Positions 26,701 through 44,313 of a stretch of 64,000 nt of DNA are shown one piece after another. The stretch is from Microbotryum violaceum (Eukaryota), in NCBI GenBank assembly GCA_001244265.2, contig CDLV01000004.1:2852001-2916000 (forward strand), given 5' to 3'. Each line of letters begins with the position of its first letter. The stretch's first letter is position 1. A program made the position numbers and the translations under genes. The notes below the pieces were generated by a model. The model made no database searches and was not told the origin of the DNA. It saw only the letters and a list, made by a program, of their open reading frames with translations.

Positions 26701-26795
26701 CGGAGGAGAGACTAAGAGTGCCCAGGCACGCGTCCCCTCCTCCTAAGGCCCAGGCGCACGGGCCTTACACCAGCTCGGACAGGCGGCTCTTGACA

Positions 26796-27697
26796 ACCAA
26801 CCCTTTCAAGACGCATGAATGTGCTGCACTGCGTCCTTCCTCTGTATTGCTAACCCCTACGCCTGCCTCTCCGCGAGTTGGGTCGCTCGATTCCATCGGC
26901 CTCCCTTGAGTAGAACAGCTTGAGGTGGCTACACTTATGAGCAGCTTGATGGGCATTCAGGTTGGCCAGTTCAGCGAGAAATTGGTATCGCGAGCATCGA
27001 CAACTTGAGGCGGAAATTTCAAGTTTGTGGGCTGTGTAGAACTGAACATGCGTGAGCTTAGACCAAAATTTCGATAGTTGAGCTTGGTAGACGCACAATT
27101 GGTCGTGAGAAGCTGTTTGCCTTCTCAACGGCCTCGAGTAGATGAAGGTCGAGTAGTGGGTGAGCTCGTCTTTGGACAACTCGATGCGAAGAGACGCGTC
27201 GGCGGGAGCGACATCGAAGGCGAGGAGCTCGGCGATCGTCATGTTCATGTTGGTGAGCGGCAATAATCAATCGAAGGCATCGTTCAAGGCCTGCATGGGA
27301 TGATGATGTTGTGCTATGCTCCAATCTCGGACCAAAGTGAAGCGGAACGGAACCTGCGCCCCTTCAATATCTAATCGGCCTAATCCCTCACAGCCACTTA
27401 ACTCAAGTGATCACCGAAGATGGCTAGTACTAAGTGACTTGTTCAAGCGCGAGCATCGCGAAACGCGTCTTGAAGCGAAGGCAAACGGGCCCAAAGTCAT
27501 GATGCCGTAGGCTGCTCAGAGTAGGCCAAAATTGGGCCGACTCACGGGAAATTGTCAAAATCTGCAAATGCGCCTCGGGGGCGAAACGTGTGTTTCGTCC
27601 CAAAATGTCAATTTTTTGCAATGCGCCTCGACGATTTTCAGGATTTTGGGTCCTCAAAATGTCAAAAAAAAATGCGCCTCCGGCTGGGCTTTCGGGG
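26796..27697 (-). mobile_element. 5' fragment of a relative of the P-like element; inverted near-identical copy of 48322-49227
   Basis: Terminus CCCCGAAAGCCCAGCCGGAGGC. Peptide IAELLAFDVAPADASLRIELSKD matches LVDLLAHDLPAPDASLRLALSKD in the 2970-3668 ORF. Confidence 0.75.
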
Positions 27698-27727
27698 GTC
27701 CTACACATGCAAGCGCGAAACTTACTT

Positions 27728-27935
27728 GATTGAAATTAGTAGCTTTTTTTTGCTGTGTGGTCCAGTGTGAAGCCAGCCCCTTCACAACTGGACTACACAC
27801 AGAGTTCCCTTGCGCCTTTAATGGCTCGCTTCTGATTCCGCATCCATTGAAATTGTTTGCTTTTTTGGCTGTGTAGTCCAGCTGTGAGGGGCTAGCACAA
27901 AACCTAACAATTTCAATCGATGCTGATTGAAATCA
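27728..27935. repeat. Short composite direct/inverted repeat, MITE-like
   Basis: AGCCCCTTCACAACTGGACTACAC (27775-27798) is an imperfect inverted repeat of 27871-27893. 27729-27770 is an imperfect direct repeat of 27846-27887. Confidence 0.6.
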
Positions 27936-28451
27936 GAAGGGAGCCAACGTTACTTGGTCCTTGCAGACACACTTTTCTTTTTTGGCAAGTTGTGCCCTAT
28001 GGCAGCCGTAAGTTTCGCGCTTGCATGTGTACGTCTACGAGCGCGAGCGCAGTAAACAACAAACATTGCGCTTGGACCGCGCCTGCGTTGGTCACGTGCT
28101 GTGGCGACGCACCCGACAGACGCGCCTCGAGACCGAACCGCGGGGCCGAATTAGGCGGCGGAAATCGGTCCAGAGCTCGGGCGCGAGGACAATAAAAAGC
28201 TGGAGCGCGTGGATAGCCCGCCGCCTCCGGCTGGGTTTTCGGGGGTCCTTGCTCACTGCTGCTCAGGAGCGCTCAGGCTCAGGCCTCAGGATTTGGCCCT
28301 GCTTGCCACAGCGGTGGGCTGCAGGCTGCCGATTGGTTGTTGCCGACCGGTCCCCGAGTGCGAGTGCGAGTTGCGTGTGCGAGTCGGGTGCGCCATCCCA
28401 AAGTACAGTACAGTACGACGATACTCTCGATCGAACGCGTCCGAGTACGAG

Positions 28452-31400
28452 ATGGCCGAAGCCAAGCCGATGACGGACACGCCGACGGTGACGAGTGGTG
28501 GTGCGACCGACGCCGGTCCAAGTGGGGAGCCGAGGAGCGCGAGGCCGTTGCCGCGATCATCGTCATCATCCTCGTCCTCGTCGTCGCCATCCTCGGCCGC
28601 ATCGACCTCGACCTCGACCTCGACCATGATGACCCCAGCCCCGGTGGCCTCGACGTCCTCCTCGGGGCCAGCGAGTGCAGCAGCCGTGGTTGTCATGACT
28701 ACACCGGTCCAACAGACTCGGACGACGACGCGAGGCGCTCCGTCGCACCAGCAGCACCAGCAGCACCAGCAGCAGCACCACCAGCGCCAGCAATACCACC
28801 AGCCTGCTCACCACGCTGCACTGCCAACACCACCTCCGTTACCACCCTCGTCAGCAGCAACACCGTCGCAACATCCGCAACAACATCCGCAACAGCAGCT
28901 CTCACCCCAGGCTCACGCTCACGCTCTCCATCACCATGCGTACCACTACCACCCTCAGCAGCAGCCACCCCAGCTACACCAGCTACACCAGCCACAGCCA
29001 CGGCTACAGCAGCAGCAACCTCAGCAACCGCATCAACCTCATCAACCTCATCAACCTCATCATCACCCTCACCACCCACAGCACCACGCCCCAACTTCGT
29101 ATGTGCTCGCGCCCGAGCTCGCGCACTACCTCGAACACACGCTCGTGCCCTCGGTCGTACCCATGCCCGACGAGTACAACGCCAAGGAGCAGGCCAGGAT
29201 CTACCTCGAGAAAATCGCCGGCGAGGTATCCCATGGTGCCAAGCTGTTGCCGTTCGGGTCAGTCACTCTTGCTGCAATGCCGTGCTTTCGAGTTTCGTGT
29301 GGCGCTGCTCGTTCCCTCGCGCGCGCCCTTGGCCTCGCACGACGCGCCCCATGCTTTCCGCGCAACCTTTCAAATCGCTCATTGGAAACTGTCTTCACCT
29401 TCTACGTGTACCACTTTTAGATCGATGGCCAATGGCTTTGCGCTCAAGAACTCGGGTCAGTCACGAGGCCGAGGCGAGCAGCCGCGTTGTCGACGGTCGC
29501 AACTCAGGGGTCAGGAGCTCATGTCTTTCTCTTCTCTGCTTCCCTTTTTCCTCCAACCCCAACTTCAACCCGACCCCGAACTCCTATCCTCGTCATGCTA
29601 TGTAACCCGATCGCCGGACACATTTAAATAAACACCCCCTCTACGCCGTCCTCTACACCACTCTCCCCCTCACAGACATGGACCTGTGCTGTGTCTTGGC
29701 CCCCGATGCGCCAGTGAGGAATGCGGCCGAATTGGTCGAAAAGCTAGGCACCCGGATAGAGAAGGGTGCGTCCAAATTGACCGAACGAACGAAACATTGG
29801 CTTTGGGTCGATCTCGGTCGTAGGACCTACTCTGACTTGTGCCCCTGGCCGCGCCTTTCGCAGAAACCAACTTTCGCGTCAAGATGTTGCCGCGCGCTCG
29901 AATACCCATCATCAAATTGACAATACCGCCCTCGGCGACCTTGCCCTTTGGCATGGCCTGCGACATTGGCTTCGAAAATCGACTCGCATTGGAGAACACG
30001 CGACTGCTCTTGACTTACGCTATGATCGACCCGCGATTACGCACAATCGTCTTGTTCCGTGAGTTCTGACTGCAGCCGGTGCGTGTGCTCACCTCGGCAC
30101 CACGGCCACCCTGACACCCGTCCCACCCGTCCTGTTCCACGCATGCTTGTGCAGTCAAGGTATGGACCAAAAGAAGAAAGATCAACAACCCCTACCGAGG
30201 TACCCTCAGCTCTTATGGCTACGTTCTGCTGGTCATCCACTTCCTCACCCACGTCAAGTCGCCACCGGTTCTTCCGTAGGTCACTAGGGCATCAAACGCT
30301 TCACTGCTACGCGAGCTTTGTGACTGACGCTCCACATTTTTTTTTTTTTTATTTTGGTCTGCACCAGGAATTTGCAACGCTTGCCCCCACCGAGATCCAT
30401 GCCGCCTGAAGAGCGCGAATTCCAAGGCCACGACGTCTACTTCTTCGATGATATGGAGTCACTACCTCGCGTGTGGCAGACCGCAAACGTCGAGACCGTC
30501 GGCGAACTCTTGATTGATTTTTTCAGATACTACGCCAAGGATTTCATGTACCATCACCACGTCTTGTCCTTCAGGAGCGAATATGGCATATTGACCAAGG
30601 AAGCCAAGGGATGGAATCCCGATGTGAGTGATGCCGATGATATCATCAGCCACCAGACTAGTGGCAATCGCTAAGTGCCCGCTTTGGTCAAAAAAAAAGG
30701 TTGAATATGACCCTGATGTCATTGTGCGGGATCTGCACAAACTGTGTATCGAAGTGCGTGCTCGTCGATGTGCGGCGGGATTAATACCCTGGGAGTTGTC
30801 GCTCACCTCGCTTTTGAACCAGGACCCTTTCCAACTCAACTACAACGTGGCTCGTACAGTAACCAAGGACGGTTTGTATACGGTATGTCTTTCCCACCCT
30901 GTCCGAATTGGCGTACTCAGCTAAGCTGTCGGGTTTTACCCCTCACCGCCGTCCCGTTCAGATCCGTGGCGAGTTCATGCGAGCTTATCGCATTGTCGCT
31001 CCTTCGCGAGCGACGGACCGCATCACGGCCGTGATCAATGATCTCTGCGAAGAGCGCGAAGATTCGCTCGTGATTCAGCCTCCTTCGAGCGAAAGCCGAG
31101 GTTCGGGGCGGCGTCGCTCAGCCCCGTCACCTCGTATTGTCCCCACGCACTTCGGATCGAGTATGGCCCCTCAACCGGGCTATTTCGGGATGCCTGCACC
31201 GGCCGTGCCTCCCATGCCCCCGATGAGTGATTTCAGGATATGGTCCGCAGCGAACGGTGGGCCCGGCCCGGTGGCCAACAATCACGATTACGACGCTAGG
31301 GCCAATGGAAGCGCGCTCGTCGACGACTCGGCCCCAACCTCCCCCATTCTGGGTCTACCGGCGGCCGCGCAGCCGACTCCCTGGGTCAAACCGTCCGAGC

Positions 31401-32971
31401 GACCGTTTGCCAGCGGGACCAAACCAAGACGACCTTCCAGCCATTCAACGCTGCAATCGGCAAGCGTGAACAGCCGGCAGCGCCAGGCTCTACACCCGAC
31501 GTCGTCGACGCTGAATGGGGCAGAGGGTGCAACGATCGAGAGAAGAATGTCGTGGGATGGTTCGGCATCGACGTCGACCCCTTCCAACGAAGCTTATGAC
31601 CTTCATCGTTTCTTCCAAAACCAACCCGAGGGAAGCTCATCATCGTCTAACCACGAGCACCGATCGGCAATGACAGCACCATCTAGTCCGGACCTGGGTG
31701 CTTCGGCACCGTACCATTCGGCCACGTTCGGAGGCTGCCGAGACTACAGTAACAGTGGCCGTGCAAGTTTGTCGGCTCACGATGGCACTGCTTCGCACGT
31801 CGGGCCGCGATTCATCTCGCCGTCGCACGCTCGTGTCCCGCCGCTGCGAGCTGCTCCGTACCACCCCGGAAGGTACCCTGCTGCTCCGCCGACATGGACC
31901 TATGCTCACCCGATCGGCACGAGACCCAACCCGGGACCTATATTCCCCGAAGAGGATCGGGAACAAATTGCACTCGAAAACTCGATCACCTTCGGCAACT
32001 TCCCGCCGGCTGCGTTGTCGGCATCCGGCCCAAGTTTGTCTTCAGCGTGGACCGTAACCGAGGACAACGTGACAGGGCCGGGTCCCCACGGATCGTACGC
32101 TTTGGCTTGGGGCAATTCTGGCTACGAGTATCCGATTTCCTCTTCGTCCCCTTCCACAGGAGTTACTCCTGCTCATTCCATGGCCACGTACGACGATGTT
32201 GCCGAACATGGCTCCGACTCCCATATCGCCCAAGATTCGGCCTCCGCGCAACGGGAACCAGGTCTGGGATCGACATGGAACAGAATACTGAATGGACTTC
32301 CGCCCTTGCTCCCTGCTCCCGCCGATGAATGGGACCTGGCCATTAGACCGAGACAGAGAGGGCGAAGCGTACCCCATGTTCGACTTGGGCCGGACGGTCG
32401 CGAGTCCATCTTATTTGGTGAGATCCAAGTCACCCTACCCAACCCGGTCCCGAACGAGGTCGAGCCCGCCGATTCTTCGTCACGTAGCAGAGGACACACC
32501 GCGGTCACCAACAAGGTACCTCGGCTGATCCCGAGCCTGACTACGTCCCCTCCAACGCCCCTGAAGGAACTTAGCGTCGCCCGCGCCTCTTCACCCGTGG
32601 CAACGCTTACTTCTTCAACGATCGCCGCCACATCGCAAGCACCCGGGAGCCCCTCCAACTCCGCACCCGTCAGCTTTGCGATTCCTTCGACGATTTTAAA
32701 CCATGCATTCCATTCGACGATGCATTCACGTGGGAGCTCTTCTTCAGCTTCGACGACGCCGACGCCGAGTCCCGGGCCGCCGAGGAACGCGACGACGGCG
32801 TCAGCCCCAGCGCCGGTGGCGGCTGTACCATCGAGAAAAGGCGTGACGATGAGGTCTCCGGATACCAGCGCAGGCGCGGGATACAGACTTGGCGATGACG
32901 CAGCTACGGGGCTGTCCGTGTCAAAGCTGACGATATGTGACGACCCACTGGAGAAAAGCGTCCGGAGATAG
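28452..32971 (+). CDS. Cid1-family terminal nucleotidyltransferase (non-canonical poly(A)/poly(U) polymerase), multi-exon, with low-complexity termini
   Basis: Spliced FG|SMANGFALKNS|DMDLC (GS..DxD), RARIPIIK, ACDIGFENRLALENTRLL, GTLSSYGYVLLVIHFL and LCIE|DPFQLNYNVARTV. His/Gln-rich N-terminus. Confidence 0.92.
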
Positions 32972-33155
32972 GTGCACACCGACGCAGAACGCGCTCGCGA
33001 TCTTTTTTGATTCGATCTTTCTCACCTTGCATACACTATCCACTCACAATGCATTGCAGTTTTGTTGATCACATCCCTTCGCTGTCATACCCGCCCTGCG
33101 GTTCTGGTGCGAGAGTTACTATTGTCGTAATATCTGATCCGAGGTATGGAGCATA

Positions 33156-35618
33156 TCATTCCCTGTGCATTGGGCGTACATTGTGAGCGTAAATTCTTCG
33201 TTTCCAACGCTGGGGGACGAAGGCCTTACACAATGACCAGGTTCCCTCGGATCCTATGGAGGGGTTCAATATCGGCATCCCTATCTGGTTCCCCTGCGAC
33301 TCTCGTCCCTGTGTCGACACATGGAGCGACGAATGCTGCCCAGCATGTGGTCTTGCAAGACTGCGACTGATCTCCGTCGCCCTCATACGCATGGCTTCCG
33401 CCATGGCGGCATAATCGGGGTCGCGCAAATCATCGGAAGGAAGTGTTGTCGGACCATTCGTGCCAGAGGCGGGACTGGTCAGTTGTCCCGTCCAAGGGAG
33501 ATTTACGGACTCGGCCAGGTAACGTGGGCTAGGAACGAAGTTTGTTGCATCGCATTGACCGCGCGATCCACAGTAATTGAAGCCGGCCTGAAAGGGAGCA
33601 AAGTACGTCTGTCCACCACCATAATTGATCGAGGAACCTACGTTCGAGTAAGGTTGAGCATCGGTTCCGTAGGACGTAGCTTCAACATGAGGGGAGTAGG
33701 CGTCCTGTACGGCAAGAGATAACGGAAAACCGGTCCATAGTCCAGGGGGTGGGGACTCGGTGCTGAAGGACTGTGTGGCATGGGCCAGACGACTGGCCTC
33801 TGTGCACGATTCTGATTGCGGGGGAGGAGTTTGATTAGACTCAATGACCGTGGTACAGGATGATCTTGGCGGTTCGCCTTGCTCGGCCGGCACGGCGGCG
33901 CCGGTGTGTGGCGAAGGACTAGATTCTGAGTCCACGGGCGAATGGCGTGGCTTCCGCGAAAGTTGAGTTGCAGCGCCCAGTTTGTCCAGATTCGCCGGCT
34001 CTTTTGATGGTTTTGGTGGTGAGACGACTACAAGACGATTTGATGCTCGCATGGACGCAGGAATTCGCCTGGTCGACTGTATTGCCCGGAGCGCATCGGT
34101 ACGCAGTGATTTCGCCCGTGGGAGCAGCATGGCGACCGGGGCGCCGGTGACTGCCGCTGTTTCGAAGATGCCGATGGCAGCTGTGATCTGGTATAGGGCG
34201 TGCTGCACGAGCTTTGACCGAGGGCATTTGACGACCAGACTTGACTGAACGACCGTTGCGGCGAAAGTCTGTTCCAGATGTTGGGACCCGGTCAGCTAAA
34301 GCTGTTCCCAATTGTGGCTCCACTTGCGCTCACATGAAAGCATATCTGCCACCACCTCGGCGCGAGCACGGGGTCAAGCTCGCTCCAGCTTTTGGCAATT
34401 TGAGTCACGTAAGGGCCAGCTTCTAAAATTACTGCCAAAACCGATGCCGACCAGGGAGCTTCGAGCGGCTCGTCCGGGTAGTCGATGAGGGCTTGTGCGA
34501 ATGGGGCTTTGTGCAAGTCTCCGCAATAGCACTGGAGCCGGTCAGAAAGGGTCTGTCTCCAAGACCGAGAAATTCGGTCAAGGTCTTTTTCTCACACAAC
34601 ATTCTCTCTGCAAAAAACATGGCCAATGTGTGAAGCTTCATCGCAGCTTTGAGAACGCCGGGCGCGCTCAGCGATGGCATCGCACTTGAGGTTGCGGGCG
34701 TGGAAGGCTTGGCAAGTTTGAGGGGCCTTTGAGATAGTGGTAGCGCGAAGGCGTCGGTATACAAGGCAGAGCAACGCGTCGAAGGTGGTGAGGTCTGATA
34801 CAGCGTACGTAGGTCCTGATCGAGCGCCGCCACCTCGCCGTGGTTCGGCGGCTTGGGCGAGAACACTTCGTCCGTCATTCGCGCCTAAGCGAACGAATGC
34901 AGGAATGTCAGAGTGTAAACGAATGCACTTGTGATCTAAAGACTTTCAGTGAATCCGGTAAGCTTCCATTTCGTCACAGCATACAAGCTGGCGTTGCTGG
35001 GCATCAGGGTGTCGAAGTGGCGAGCATGCAGTGAGTCTACGCAGCAAATGAATGGGGTCCGTCAGCACGTCAGCTGTGCACTCGCATCGCCAGCGAGAAG
35101 GTGCGTGCACTTACACGGCCTCCCGCTGATAAGGGCTTGAACACGATCAAGCTATGCGGGTCGGAATGATGCGGCGCGTGGGTTTTTTCCCCCAGATATC
35201 CGAAGTGTACAATGGCTGCCAGACTCGGGATAACGAACCGCAACCAATTCCCAGAAGGCGAGCCGACGCCGATTGCACTCCTCCTCGGTCAGCCCCCAAG
35301 GGGCGCCATCGCGGTGCAGTCCCATCGATACAGCCATCTTTACCGCCATACCCAGCATTGGGAAGAATGCTTGGTGCCACGAGGAAAGTCGGAGACGTGG
35401 TCAGCGCACAAACCCCGGACCCCCGACCCCGATTGAAAAGCTCGCTCTCACTTTCACCAGACTCTTGCAGTTTGTGTCGGTTGAAGAGCACATTCCCGCA
35501 TAGATGCAAAGCTTGCAGGGTGGGGAGTGAGGCATGAGACAAGAAGCAAGATGCGGAAAGTGTCACTTGCGCCTCTTGGAAATACTGAGCCGAGATGACG
35601 TTCGGAGTGGCTGGCATC
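33156..35618 (-). pseudogene. 3' half of a Zn2Cys6 transcription factor gene (fungal TF middle-homology region and C-terminus)
   Basis: LPTLQALHL and MLGMAVKMAVSMGLHRDG..WGLTEEECNRRRLAFWEL. It joins in frame to 45878 onward once the insertion is removed. Confidence 0.85.
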
Positions 35619-37036
35619 CGGCTTGTATACATGTAAGGATATATCCTTACACATGAGTTAAGGTCAATACACAACCAAATCTGTTCATCTTGATATTGTA
35701 CCATCAACATATAACTATTTCTGAATGGTGTCTGCAAGGACTACATGATAGCATGTGTATTGCAAGACTTGTAGTGATTCAAAATTTATGTGTCCTTACT
35801 GCACCTCCTGTATCCTTACCGCACCCTCGTATCCTTACATGTGTCGACATGTGTAAGGATACGCCCGCGCGCGCACGTGCCATGTGGAACGACAGGAGGC
35901 GCACTCAGCTCGAAGCCTTTGTTCACATTTGTTCACCCAATTGTCCCCACACCGCCCATCGACGTCAACACCGTGGCACTGTTTGACTTTTGCGAACCAG
36001 CCAATTGCGACCTCCAGCTTTGTGCCAGCAGGCACGGACTCAAATCTTTCATCAATGAGATTGCGGAACCGCCAACTTCCCGACCGTGACGCCGGGCCCT
36101 GGGCTCGGACTCGTTCTGGAGCTGGAGACCGGCCCCAATGGCGGACTCCCAAGTCGAGATTCAAACTCCCAAGCATCAAACGCCAATCAACGGTAGGAAC
36201 CAATCGTCGAATCAGGAAAGGAAACGGCCAGTCGGTCCCCGAGTCGGCAAACTCAGCGCATCCTCAGGACGATTCTGGCGACCTTCAAGCTGAAGCATTG
36301 ACCTGCACGGTGTCCGCACCCCGGCTATCGAAATCCCCGACTCCAACAGGAGAATTTCCTATCACCGATCGTACAAGCGACTTGCCTAATCGCATCAAGT
36401 CCGCAGAGGACTGCGAGGAGAACTGTGACAATTATGTGGACGATAAGCACAACGATCACAAGGACAACCGTGACAATGACTCACCTTGTTCCACTCGGCT
36501 CGCCCACGACACTCCCTTCCACCACACCATCAAGCAAGAGAAGTCAACAATGCCTCTCCTGTGCTCCCAGAACAGCGATCCCGGTTGGCCGTCGCTGCGC
36601 AGTCAAAGCAGTGTTGAGAGTGTGAATTCCGCTTCTACCCTCCAAGTCGGCTCGATTTCACCAGCATTAGCTCCGAACCTCTCCCGTCTAAGCGTTTCAC
36701 AACCCAAGGCTATTCCAAAGGACAGCTCCCTTCTTCCCAAGCATCAACATACGACTCTTAAGCTTGAAGGTACGCCACATGTGTTGTCTAGATGGTAGGC
36801 CATCGGTAACGAGGCGAGGTGCGCGCTCGGAGGCTCGATTGGTTTTAAGGCAGTGGATTAGACTTAGTGTCTGGGTGGATTATAGTCTTGCGCGTGGGCC
36901 TATGCCTTCGCAAAGCAGACTCCCTTGTTTATCTTTTCTTTAATCACTCGTTCCTCAAATATCGGTTCTGACACTGCGCTGCGTATCATCCTACCGCTGC
37001 CACCTATTTAGGTGGTGCACTTTTACATCAACATAC

Positions 37037-38867
37037 TGTGAAGTTGCGACGACTGCTCAAGCGGTGGTAAGGCTCTGATTGACGGCCCAAGGAGACCAGA
37101 CCAAGAAGTTGCTTGATTACACACCTGCTCAAGCGGTGGTAAGGCTCTGATTGACGGACCAAGGAGACCAGACCAAGAAGTTGCTTGAGAAGGAGAGAGA
37201 GAGGCGCGGAGCCAATTGGCTCGGGTGAGCGCGCGGCTGGTCCAAAAGGAGCTAAGGTGAGACCAAGAAAAGGAGACATGATGCGAGAAGGAAACACAGG
37301 AGGTTGTCAATCTCACCCCCCCCCCCCCCCCCCCCCCCCCCCGACTTCGAGTATCAGGGAGAGCAGACGCCAAGTCGACCGTGATGCCGAATAAACAGAT
37401 CGCGAGACAAAGCCTTGGTGAAGATATCGGCCGTCATCTCGCCGGTGGCGATGTACTGGACACTGATGTCGCCCAGGGAGACCATATCCCGGACGAAGTG
37501 TTTGCGGAGACGAATGTGCGAGTGCGAGCGTGGAAAACCGGATTCTTGGTGAGAGCGTTGGCGCCTTGGTTGTCGCCATAGATGAGGACATGTCGGGAGG
37601 AAGGAAGCCCAAGCTCACCGAAGAGCTGACGCAGGAAGATAGCCTCCTTGCCAGCATGTGACAAGGCAAGGTACTCGCGTCGCAAGTAGAGTCGGCAACC
37701 CGGGACTGGAGGCGAGATGACCACGAGACAGCCGCGCCTGCGAAGACAAAGGTGTAAGCCATGGTCGACTTTGAAGTTAGGACGCAAGCACCCCAGTTAC
37801 AGTCGGAGTAGCCAACCAAGGGCGCTGGATCCCGCGAGCGTAGCGGAGGCCGTGAGACAGAGTGCCAGCGAGGTAGCGAAAAGTGTGCTTGACAGCGCCC
37901 CAGGCAGCGGCAGATGGCGACTGAGAGAACCGAGCCAAGTAACCGACGGTGTAGGCCAGGTCGGGGCGAGTACCGGTCGATGCGTACATGAGGGAGCCAA
38001 TTGCCTGCAGGTACCGAGTGCGATCCGGGAATAGGGTGGGCTGAAGCTTGATTTCGAGGCTGAGATCGGCCTGCATGGGCATGGCGACAGGGCGGGCATC
38101 GGACATACCAAAATGAGCGAAGACGTCCTTGAGGTACTGCTCCTGACTGAGGGAGATGGCGCCATCTGCAGAACGCCGAATCTGGATACCAAGGACGTAC
38201 TCTGCCTCACCAAGGTGTTTGACACCATAGCGCTGCTCGAGGCCCTGGAGGGTGCGCTCAATCTCTGGGAGGGAAGGGCTGATCATGAGCAAGTCATCGA
38301 CGTAGAGCGCGATATAGTGGCGCTCATCACCGGCAGTTCGGACATAAACACAGTGGTCAGACTCCGTGGCAACGTAGCCAAGAGCCAACAAAGCGGAGTC
38401 GATCTCGTCGTTCCAGATACGTCCAGCCTGGCGCAAGCCGTAGAGGGACCGGTGCAGCTGGAGGACCTTGCCGGGCATGTAGATTCCTTTGGGCATGCGA
38501 ATGTACAGAGGTGTGTCCAGTTTACCGTGGAGATAGGCCTTGTCGATGTCAGCCTGGTGGACGTGGTACCCATGAGCGGCTGCAAGGGCCAGGAGTGCGC
38601 AAATGGATGTGAACTTGGCGACGGGTGCAAAGGTCATGTCGAAATCGATGCCTGAACACTGAGAGTCACCGCGAGCAACCAGTTGGCCTTTGTAAGACTT
38701 GATTCGGCCGTGTTGGTGCTGTTTCGTGCGGAAGACAAAGCATGAACCGAGAACCTTAGAGTCCACGGGCACGAGGGACTCTTCAATGGGTGTGAAGGCC
38801 GAGAAATCGCGGGATAGCGAGTCGAATTCGGCCTGGGCAGCGAGACGCCACTCGTCTGCTTGCGGAG
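37037..38867 (-). mobile_element. Ty1/Copia 3' fragment (RT, RNase H, PPT, 3' LTR), degenerate
   Basis: QADIDKAYLHG, SLYGLRQAGR, LYVDDLL, GYSDCNW and IYGDNQGA. Poly-G PPT at 37342-37316. Candidate LTR TG..CA at 37037-37315 with an internal ~65-bp duplication. Confidence 0.9.
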
Positions 38868-43979
<5,112 letters not shown>

Positions 43980-44313
43980 ACCCGCTCCGACGCCGGCGCT
44001 AAAGCAGTGGTACTGGCATCCAACGCTGCGGCGCGCTCCACACACCACTGAGTGCAAGCTCTTCACCTACTTGATCTCAACTTGTACATCATCGACTTCA
44101 AGCCAGTTCGACCTCATTTGCCTGTACAACGCACAACAAAATTTCACCCACCCTCCCGCTCCAAGGTTCCTGAAAAACCCTCATCTTACATCTGGCAAAT
44201 CATCAACATAAACAATACCAGAATACGGAGTGCAGGTTTTTCTCTTATCACTGCAACTTGACTCTTCCATCCTAAAACAAATGCCACAAACAGCGCGCAC
44301 TATGGAGGAGTCG

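Noticed and set aside
28279-29605. Long overlapping ORFs in alternative frames and on the opposite strand of the Cid1-like exon 1
   Set aside because: They are shadow ORFs of GC-rich low-complexity coding sequence.
36780-36973. Possible solo LTR (TGT..GACA) truncating the MULE ORF
   Set aside because: No TSD and no second copy in the window, so it cannot be supported.
44025-44048. GGCGCGCTCCACACACCAC resembling a CpG-decayed third copy of the Helitron hairpin
   Set aside because: There is no CTAG at the expected spacing and the match is short.
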